A stretch of 64,000 nucleotides of DNA from Nevskiaceae bacterium (GTDB lineage: Bacteria > Patescibacteriota > Microgenomatia > PFEM01): the NCBI GenBank assembly GCA_035527075.1, contig DATLBE010000007.1, forward strand, positions 463 through 64,462, read 5' to 3'. Below the pieces are notes generated by a model, which saw nothing but the letters and a program-made list of their open reading frames with translations, made no database searches and was not told where the DNA came from. The position numbers were made by a program, and so were the translations under genes. This document shows, piece by piece, positions 9,321 through 15,860 of the stretch; position 1 is the first letter of the stretch; every line of letters starts with the position of its first letter.

Positions 9321-9436
9321 TAGCTCGAAGGGCGTAACCTTAATATAACCAAGAGTTTTCCCCATATTATCAAGGTATTTGAAGATTTCAGGTTTGTGCA
9401 GGAATTGAGAGAGGAAATAGAAAAAATGAAGATTGT
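9321..9436 (+). repeat. Repeat family B copy 2
   Basis: About 90% identical to 7274-7385 over about 100 bp. Confidence 0.8.
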
Positions 9437-9448
9437 AAACTCTTTAAG

Positions 9449-10222
9449 TTAAGATAGCTCTGCAACCATGACTGGAGGAAGATAAGCCTTAATTAAACCA
9501 CCAACAGCCCCTTGGGTTAATTGACCTGCCAACCACTTAGAAGCTCTTTTTATTTGTCTAAAAATTTCAGTAATTTTACTTGGTTCCTTATTGTCTTTTT
9601 TAAGCTCATTTTCTAAACTACCTAAAAGTTCTATGGCTTTTTCTTGACTAGATGACTCTATGTTCTGCGGAATTTGTTCTCTTATTTTGTTAAATGAATC
9701 AGTAATGTCACCAATGTTAATGTTTGCATCTCCTGTTTGGATTGGGCTACTATCTCCGCTTGTAATATTTTTTTGGCCAACATAGTCACCACCATCAGCA
9801 CTAACTTTGCCGGTACCTGCTATATTAATATTTCCTTGCATATAAACGGTTCCACCTCCACCAGGCTGTCCTGCTTTACCTGGCTCACCAAATTTCAAAA
9901 TTGGCTCAGGCTCCTTTTTATCTAAACTACTAAAATCATATCTTTTATATTCTGCAACCTTACGTGTTACAAAGACTTTAATCTCGTAAGCTGCTTTTTT
10001 TCTAATCTCTCGATTGCCTTCCGTTGGGGTAATACTTTTGCTTAGCTGGACGAATTCTTGGTAATCACCTTCATCTAGATTCTTTAATACAGCAGCTGTG
10101 TCTGCTAACCAATTTTGTGTTACGTCTTGTCTAGGTAGATGATACAGTTGCACAACATCTAACTTTTCAAAAAGTTTAACCAACTCTTCAACTAGTTTTT
10201 TCTTTTTTTCTGATGGCTTCAT
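9449..10222 (-). CDS. Hypothetical protein with a Gly-rich beta-repeat middle region
   Basis: 257 aa. The central GEPGKAGQPGGGGTVYMQGNINIAGTGKV...GDANINIGDI looks like a bactofilin/beta-helix-like repeat. No confident family. Confidence 0.45.
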   Translation of the reverse strand: MKPSEKKKKLVEELVKLFEKLDVVQLYHLPRQDVTQNWLADTAAVLKNLDEGDYQEFVQLSKSITPTEGNREIRKKAAYEIKVFVTRKVAEYKRYDFSSLDKKEPEPILKFGEPGKAGQPGGGGTVYMQGNINIAGTGKVSADGGDYVGQKNITSGDSSPIQTGDANINIGDITDSFNKIREQIPQNIESSSQEKAIELLGSLENELKKDNKEPSKITEIFRQIKRASKWLAGQLTQGAVGGLIKAYLPPVMVAELS

Positions 10223-10286
10223 AGAACTATGTAATTAATCCAACGTGGTCAGATTAAGAAAATTCGGCTCCGCCTGATGGGCAAGG

Positions 10287-10685
10287 TCAGCGCCTGTTTT
10301 GTTTATCTACACTCCCAAATCTCAAATAATCTTTATTTGCATGATGTTGGTTCCCATAATGCTCTTCCCAAGTTCCCCAACCATGATAATAACTAGTTAT
10401 AGTCTCATCCTTAAAGTTCACTACATGTAAATCTCCATCATTCTGAAAATCTTTGGTATCATAAAAAGCCGTTTCTACTGCCATTTGACTCCCGGAAGGT
10501 TGAGTAATAACACATCCGAGAAGTTCGTTTCTTGGAGTTTCCCTCTCATTAATTCCACAATCCTTCAATTCTTGAAGGTATGTACCTGGCATTGGCAAGG
10601 TAGCTAAGGAACCCATACTTATCCGTCTTTTCGAAAACGAATCTAATTGGTCCTTTGTTAATTTTTTTGTTCTTGGTTTCTTCAT
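10287..10685 (-). CDS. Hypothetical protein
   Basis: 132-aa ORF, basic N-terminus, His/Trp-rich C-terminus. Confidence 0.45.
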   Translation of the reverse strand: MKKPRTKKLTKDQLDSFSKRRISMGSLATLPMPGTYLQELKDCGINERETPRNELLGCVITQPSGSQMAVETAFYDTKDFQNDGDLHVVNFKDETITSYYHGWGTWEEHYGNQHHANKDYLRFGSVDKQNRR

Positions 10686-10710
10686 ATTTGGGTATAATAA
10701 GTTCCAACTG

Positions 10711-10758
10711 GCTCCCCCTAGTAGACTTATTCCGCAACCAAAAGATTGAGTTTGGTTT
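10711..10758 (+). repeat. Repeat family C copy 1 (GCTCCCCCTAGTAGACTTATTCCGCAACCAAAAGATTGAGTTTGG)
   Basis: About 90% identical to 12318-12366. Shares the AGTTCCAACTGGCTCCCC 5' module with family A copies at 8701 and 12797. A related GGGACGATTTTAGAAC lies at 10809-10826. Confidence 0.75.
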
Positions 10759-10832
10759 CAGTTTGCAAGAAGTCCAACAATTATTTTTCAGTCTCATGAA
10801 TAAATCCAATGGGACGATTTTAGAACTTTTTG

Positions 10833-11177
10833 TCACAAAACAAGCTCATCTTCCTTCATTCCTGCAAGAAGTTGTGCATGTATATGATTAACGCTCTGCT
10901 TACCACCACAATGGAATCCCCAAGTGTACCCTTTACCCTTAATAGATGAAGTTTTGATAACTTTTTCAACCACGTTACCAATTTTTTGTAAAAGTGTTGG
11001 TTCTTTTTCCATCATCTCAGAAAAATCAGAGTAATGAGTTTTAGGCGTAATTAATAAGTGTGTTTTTGCTCGAGGATTATTATCGGCAAAAACCACAATG
11101 TCTTCGTCTTCGTACAAAATATCTTCTTTTTTCTCCTTTGCTGCAATTTTACAAAACACACAGTCATTCATAATCAA
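10833..11177 (-). CDS. HIT (histidine triad) family protein
   Basis: The N-terminal CVFCKI and C-terminal VNHIHAQLL (HxHxQ variant of the HIT motif) match HIT/Hint-like nucleotide hydrolases and transferases. Confidence 0.7.
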   Translation of the reverse strand: MIMNDCVFCKIAAKEKKEDILYEDEDIVVFADNNPRAKTHLLITPKTHYSDFSEMMEKEPTLLQKIGNVVEKVIKTSSIKGKGYTWGFHCGGKQSVNHIHAQLLAGMKEDELVL

Positions 11178-11361
11178 AGTATACTAAATTTTTGAGGTTA
11201 ATTTCAAATAACGTAAGAGATAGAGCTAGCTCGCCCTCCCCCGTAAGGTCACTACTCGAACCGAAGGCTGGTTGAAAGACTATCTATTAGGAGAAAGTAT
11301 AGCTGAATTTCAGTTCACCTTCTGATACCCCCACCCCTCGACTCACTATATTTTGCTCGCC

Positions 11362-11379
11362 GGATGGGACGATTTTCGA
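11362..11379 (+). repeat. Short repeat GGGACGATTTTCGAAC, related to family A core and to 10809-10826
   Basis: 16 of 17 identical to 10810-10826. Resembles GTGGACGAAGTTCGAAC. Confidence 0.6.
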
Positions 11380-11481
11380 ACATGTACCACTTGTTGGTAA
11401 GCATGCATTACACTCACACCTATTCCTTGTCGGTAAAATATCCTATTTTTCCTTGATATTGGACAAAAAGCAATATAGAAT

Positions 11482-12273
11482 ATGTTTGTGACTCCAGATA
11501 GGCTAAATCCAGCTGACATCCGAGAAAAACTTCAGACTCGCCCAATTATACAACCCCCCCTTATTGTTCCTGTTTTAAATGGTTTTCAACTTGATGGTTG
11601 GATAACCCCAGTTGGAGCAGTTCCAGGAAAAGGAAGGAGGGTAGTTGGTCAAGAAAATCTAAGTAAATTTCTTGCCTATCATTGTAATTCAACAGGATTC
11701 GAGCTTAAAGATGTTATTGCCGGGGAAGATGATGATTTGCAATCTTTTGTAATTAAATGTGGGAATCATCAGGGGTGTGTTGAACTAACAGGAAACAACA
11801 ATATTTTGGATAAAGAGTACCAGTTTAAAGGAGTGTCAGGTGGCCGGGTGGCCATTGGATTGCAATTCCTGTTGGCTAAATATGCAAGAAGCTCACAGGA
11901 CAGCTTGCGCTTCCCCTACCTGGGTACTAGTTTATCTCGAGGCAAAGTAAGTTATTTTCCTATGGATTTAAGAATACCTCTATTTCTGGCAGAAGTGCAA
12001 CAAGCATTAACTACCGCTGACTATCAAGCCTCTTTAATTCAAAAAGCCCTAGTAATGGCTCAGAGATTAGATTTAACTATAAACGCTCGAGATGGACTTG
12101 TTTTCACAAACGGATTGCTTAAAAAAGCAGCTGTTGTGGAGGGAAATGCATGTCAATATGATCTTGTTAGCTCGGGAGAATACGCTGGACATAATGTTGA
12201 CACTCCCAACCAAGCCATACTCCTTCATTGGGTTTGTGGGACTTTTATCAGGGATTTGACTGATTCACTTTAA
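11482..12273 (+). CDS. Hypothetical protein
   Basis: 263-aa ORF, no recognisable family. Confidence 0.5.
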   Translation: MFVTPDRLNPADIREKLQTRPIIQPPLIVPVLNGFQLDGWITPVGAVPGKGRRVVGQENLSKFLAYHCNSTGFELKDVIAGEDDDLQSFVIKCGNHQGCVELTGNNNILDKEYQFKGVSGGRVAIGLQFLLAKYARSSQDSLRFPYLGTSLSRGKVSYFPMDLRIPLFLAEVQQALTTADYQASLIQKALVMAQRLDLTINARDGLVFTNGLLKKAAVVEGNACQYDLVSSGEYAGHNVDTPNQAILLHWVCGTFIRDLTDSL

Positions 12274-12317
12274 TCTAGGTTTGAATATTTAGCATATTCA
12301 CCCTTCAGTGAACACGT

Positions 12318-12366
12318 GCTCCCCCTAGTTGACTTATTCCGCAACCAAAAATTAGAGTTTGATTAT
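12318..12366 (+). repeat. Repeat family C copy 2
   Basis: Aligns with 10711-10758 (CTCCCCCTAGTTGACTTATTCCGCAACCAAAAATTAGAGTTTGATT). Confidence 0.75.
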
Positions 12367-12433
12367 AGCCTGAATGATGTTAAATTATTCTACGCAAGCC
12401 TAAAACTTCAAAAGATGGATAACTCTAACTTTA

Positions 12434-12545
12434 CCTCGAAGGGTGTAACTTTAATATAACCAAGCATTTTCCCCATATTATCAAAGTTTTTGATGAACTT
12501 ATATTTGTTAGCCAATTAAAAGAAGAAATGGGGAAAGTAAAATAC
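12434..12545 (+). repeat. Repeat family B copy 3 (more diverged)
   Basis: The conserved core CCTCGAAGGGTGTAACTTTAATATAACCAAGCATTTTCCCCATATTATCAAAG matches copies 1 and 2. Confidence 0.7.
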
Positions 12546-12547
12546 GT

Positions 12548-12766
12548 TTAAAATTTTGGAACTTTTAACCCAACACAGTTAAAAGTTCCACCAGAATCGT
12601 CTGCAGGCCCCGAAGGCCCACCAGTTTTAATAATTTTTCCAATACAAGTACAAGTTGGTTTTCCCCCAATACCTTCGAACACTGACCAAGTTCCGCAAGA
12701 ACTTAAAAAAGACCAAAGAAATAACAAGAGTGCCAAAACAAACAAACTCACTAATATTTTCTTCAT
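12548..12766 (-). CDS. Small secreted Cys-containing protein, hypothetical
   Basis: 72 aa, an N-terminal signal-like hydrophobic segment, and 5 Cys in the mature part. Confidence 0.4.
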   Translation of the reverse strand: MKKILVSLFVLALLLFLWSFLSSCGTWSVFEGIGGKPTCTCIGKIIKTGGPSGPADDSGGTFNCVGLKVPKF

Positions 12767-12796
12767 ATTCTTAATATATCACATTTAGATATATTA

Positions 12797-12840
12797 AGTT
12801 CCAACTGGCTCCCCATCGTGGACGATGTTAGAACTACTAT
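12797..12840 (+). repeat. Repeat family A copy (AAGTTCCAACTGGCTCCCCATCGTGGACGATGTTAGAACTACTAT)
   Basis: Aligns with 5908-5936 and 8701-8735. Abuts the stop codon of ORF 12837..13181. Confidence 0.8.
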
Positions 12841-13181
12841 TTACCAGATTTACCCGTAGACCAAATCAAAAACAATCTCTTTTTAAACCCACCCCGCTTT
12901 TTTCGTTTCTGCTTTTGATATTCTTCGACCTGACGAAAACTTAATTTATAATGAGAAGCAATAGACTTAACCAACTCCAAAACATCAGCCAGTTCGTTCA
13001 GAAGCGACTTCTTTGGGGCATCCACCAATTCTTTTGATTCTTCCACCAATTTTTTCTTTAATTCTTTTTCAAATTCTATCTCACCCAAGATTCTGGTTTC
13101 GTATTCCCCTTTGTTAGCCTCGATAAATTCAGGGATTCTATCTCTGATGAGCTTGCGATGGTAATATCTCTTTTTTGTCAT
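12837..13181 (-). CDS. MazG-like nucleotide pyrophosphohydrolase (PRA-PH/house-cleaning NTPase family)
   Basis: N-terminal KLIRDRIPEFIE and the later ELADVLELV helix are signatures of the MazG/phosphoribosyl-ATP pyrophosphohydrolase-like all-alpha NTP pyrophosphatases. Confidence 0.65.
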   Translation of the reverse strand: MTKKRYYHRKLIRDRIPEFIEANKGEYETRILGEIEFEKELKKKLVEESKELVDAPKKSLLNELADVLELVKSIASHYKLSFRQVEEYQKQKRKKRGGFKKRLFLIWSTGKSGK

Positions 13182-13293
13182 ACCCCCATTTTACCAAAAC
13201 ACCCCTTCTAACAAAAACACAAATCAAAAAAGCCCATGAAACTGGGCAGAAATCACTTGAATATAAAAATATAAAAGCTATACTCTGCGATGG

Positions 13294-13734
13294 ATGGAAA
13301 AAGAACAAAAACTATCTAGACCCCCTGTGGTTCAAAAACACCCATTTGGGTGTGGTGTGGCCTGCACGGCTTTTATCTTAAATTTAAGCTACCAAGAAAC
13401 ATTGAAACTTTTTGGAAACGGCAAAGAAAAAGCCTGCAATTTTGGATTTTCCTGTGAAGAAATAGCTGAAGCCTTAAATAATTCAGGAGGACATTTTGAG
13501 CATCGACATATCAAAGACGAAATTAAAGGAAAAATATATCAAGACAATACAATTGTTTTCATTAAAAGATCTAAACAGTACCCTACTGGACATTACCTCT
13601 GCAGATTCAAAGGTTTATGGATGGATCCATGGATAAATTTTCCTCAAAATCAAAATATTAAAGAAGCTAAAGCGGGCTTTAGAATTAAATTACCAGATAA
13701 AGCTATCTACGCCATTCTCCAAAAGGAATATTAG
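13294..13734 (+). CDS. Putative papain-like/C39-like cysteine peptidase
   Basis: QKHPFGCGVACTAFIL (Gln-x-x-x-Cys-Gly-x-Ala-Cys) with a downstream His (TGHYLC) resembles peptidase C39-type catalytic residues. Tentative. Confidence 0.4.
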   Translation: MEKEQKLSRPPVVQKHPFGCGVACTAFILNLSYQETLKLFGNGKEKACNFGFSCEEIAEALNNSGGHFEHRHIKDEIKGKIYQDNTIVFIKRSKQYPTGHYLCRFKGLWMDPWINFPQNQNIKEAKAGFRIKLPDKAIYAILQKEY

Positions 13735-13760
13735 CTCCCCGTATTGGACTCGAACCAGAC
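13732..13760 (+). repeat. Family A-like, tRNA-3'-end-like element (TAGCTCCCCGTATTGGACTCGAACCAGAC)
   Basis: Shares the GCTCCCC...GGAC..TCGAAC pattern. A T-arm-like GGACTCGAACC is followed by an anticodon-arm-like hairpin, but no complete tRNA can be folded. Confidence 0.5.
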
Positions 13761-13992
13761 AAATTCAGTCTGAAAAAGGCCAAAGCATCAGTTATAAGAA
13801 ATTTAAGGGAGCTGAAGCTGTCTTAATCTAGCCGATATAAAGTGTCTGGGAGCCAGCGCGTTTTTATTAGAACTTTTAGCCCTATTTTCCGTTTCCCCGG
13901 CCTTAATTTGGAGCTAAGAAATTTATGTTGGTGGTTGCAAAGCCGTTTAACTTAGGACAAAATATCAGTAAAAGAAAAAGAGGTGGTAAATA

Positions 13993-14109
13993 ATGGCAAA
14001 AACAAAAACTTCTACCTACGGTAAAAAGAAGCAGAAAATTGTACCGGTTCGCCGTTACAAAAAAGGTGGTAAGTGGGTTAAACAGCATAGGCGCTCTACC
14101 CCAAATTAA
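13993..14109 (+). CDS. Unannotated small basic protein (38 aa), hypothetical
   Basis: ATG at 13993 is preceded by a strong SD (GAGGTGG at 13981-13987). Translation is MAKTKTSTYGKKKQKIVPVRRYKKGGKWVKQHRRSTPN. It falls below the ORF-track length cutoff. It is more plausible than the antisense ORF 13903..14088. Confidence 0.4.
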   Translation: MAKTKTSTYGKKKQKIVPVRRYKKGGKWVKQHRRSTPN

Positions 14110-14399
14110 TAATAAATGCTTATTTTTGAAAAAGACTATGGATATGTTAGAACCTCATATTTAGAGCTTATTGAGGGTTTGATAATCCCAGAATATTGTT
14201 TCAAAACCTTGGATTGATTTTAGAGTATCTTTTACCAGATGTGCTAAATCAGTTAAGAAGGGTGTCAAGTAGCAAAACAAGTGACAGACTAGGTATAATT
14301 ATAGCCCATAGTTTGACAAATAGATAAAGAAGTGGTATTATACAAACAATATGAGCACCGCCTCTGTCGTAAGACAAGGGCGGTTTTTTGTTGTATAAT

Positions 14400-14613
14400 A
14401 TGGTAAACATGGCTGAAAAAAGAAAAAAAAGAACGAGTAGCTATTTATATTGACGGAAGTAATTTTTACAATTATTTAAAAGATATATTCTTTTAGGAAA
14501 AACTAAAAAAGACAGATTATTACTTGTTATTTTTACATTGAAAAACAGAAAAGTAAGAATCATTTCAGCAAGAGATATTAATAGAAAAGAGGTGAAACTT
14601 TATGAAAAAACAG
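14400..14613 (+). pseudogene. Degraded brnT-like (DUF497) toxin gene remnant
   Basis: The frame ending at 14613 encodes ...DYLLVIFTLKNRKVRIISARDINRKEVKLYEKTV, matching the conserved RIISAR C-terminus of BrnT toxins and overlapping the brnA start. The N-terminal half is disrupted by stops and frameshifts around an A8 homopolymer at 14412-14419. Confidence 0.35.
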
Positions 14614-14862
14614 TTTAAATTACCTAAATTTAAAAATGAAGACCAGGAAAGAAAATTCTGGGCTAAAGTTGATTTAGCTGAATATTTTGAGCCAGCTGGT
14701 TTTCAGCCAGTTTCTTTTCCTAATCTTAAACCAACAACTCGATCAATTTCGATTCGTTTACCTGAGTATTTGATTGATAGAGTCAAAGAACAGGCTAATG
14801 AAATTAATGTTCCTTATCAGTCTTTAATCAAGGGTTATTTAAAAAAGGCGATTTTTGGATAG
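14602..14862 (+). CDS. BrnA-like (CopG/RHH) antitoxin
   Basis: 86 aa. The SISIRLPEYLIDRVKEQANEINVPYQSLIKGYLKK matches the BrnA antitoxin family ribbon-helix-helix C-terminal region. Confidence 0.6.
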   Translation: MKKQFKLPKFKNEDQERKFWAKVDLAEYFEPAGFQPVSFPNLKPTTRSISIRLPEYLIDRVKEQANEINVPYQSLIKGYLKKAIFG

Positions 14863-14946
14863 GGGGACTCTTTTTACTAATGAAAACCAGATAGCAATGA
14901 TCGGTAAATTTTTTGAAAATTTAAAGGCCAAAGTTTCTAGCTAAAT

Positions 14947-15726
14947 TTATTCAATCCCCATCCATACTTTTTTTCCTATTCCCTCTTTTTTTATTTTTCT
15001 TACCGTTGTTAAGTAAAATTGGATTTCGTCATTATCTTCTTCCTCTGATTGCTCTTGAATAAACTTATTTAGGTAGCCCTGCATGTATCTATCCGGGCAA
15101 ACCAAAAGAATGGTCGGGAAAGGGTGGTGAGTGTTTATTTCCCAGACATTGGATGAATAATAATTAAAAAATCTAAAAATACGATGCCGTAAGGCATAAC
15201 GGGGAGTCTTCCTGACAAACATTTCCAAAAAATACCTTTTAGTTTCCCCCTGAGGTTCTTCAATGACAAAATATAAATCCGGCAGGGGCTCTGGAAGATA
15301 ATCGTGTTTGGCTAGATCAGTCCGGTTAAAGAAATGAAGTTTGGCTTTGTTTGCTAAGCAAAGATTTTCTAAATGAAAATAAATATCAGCTAAGAATAAG
15401 CTGTGGTTAATGAATTTCCTTGAGCGGAGGTTTTCCCGATAGATTCGGTTAAGCAGTGACTTGTTGATGTCTGGCTGTTTTTTTAAAACACCGGCGGCCT
15501 TTGATTTAAGATAATAAATGGCTGGCTGAATATTCTCCCCTAATTTCCGGGAATATATTCGGCCGAGATATTTGTTTTCGGTTAAGTCTTTTAGCCAGAG
15601 ATTGATTCGTCGGTGATCTTTGTGGTTAAGGAATTTCTGGAGGTGGCGTCTGTTAAGGAAGCGGAAGCGATGCAAGAGGATAAGTATTTCAGTTTGTTTT
15701 GAAGTCAGTTTTTTTGTTTGAGTCAT
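14947..15726 (-). CDS. Replication-relaxation family protein (Replic_Relax, winged-HTH)
   Basis: 259 aa. The N-terminal LTSKQTEILILLHRFRFLNRRHLQKFL has the typical wHTH organisation of the Replic_Relax plasmid/ICE proteins that partner with coupling ATPases. Confidence 0.55.
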   Translation of the reverse strand: MTQTKKLTSKQTEILILLHRFRFLNRRHLQKFLNHKDHRRINLWLKDLTENKYLGRIYSRKLGENIQPAIYYLKSKAAGVLKKQPDINKSLLNRIYRENLRSRKFINHSLFLADIYFHLENLCLANKAKLHFFNRTDLAKHDYLPEPLPDLYFVIEEPQGETKRYFLEMFVRKTPRYALRHRIFRFFNYYSSNVWEINTHHPFPTILLVCPDRYMQGYLNKFIQEQSEEEDNDEIQFYLTTVRKIKKEGIGKKVWMGIE

Positions 15727-15860
15727 AAAGTCGTTTTTTTTCCTAACTTTTGACTTGTTTACGTTTCTTCTCCCTTATCTATAAGGGAAAGGGGTAGTAA
15801 TTATCAATATATTTAAGGCTAAATTTAATGTTTTTTTGTCCCAGAGCTCTAGGACAATTT

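Noticed and set aside
11340-11351. A 12-nt exact match to the T7 phage promoter core (CGACTCACTATA) in the 11180-11480 intergenic region
   Set aside because: The upstream AT-rich recognition element (TAATA) and the +1 G are absent. No phage-type RNAP is in the window. A single 12-mer match in 128 kb of two-strand sequence is near chance expectation, so it is likely coincidental.
13903-14088. 61-aa minus-strand ORF
   Set aside because: It is antisense to the better-supported small basic ORF 13993-14109 (strong SD). The Phe/Leu-rich translation is typical of antisense frames.
2650-14110. Calling the repeat array a CRISPR array or a canonical integron
   Set aside because: The repeats are heterogeneous in length and sequence, are separated by 0.4-2 kb of protein-coding DNA rather than 30-40-bp spacers, and lack the attC R''/L''/L'/R' (GTTRRRY) organisation. 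No cas or intI gene is present in the window. It is therefore reported only as cassette-like.
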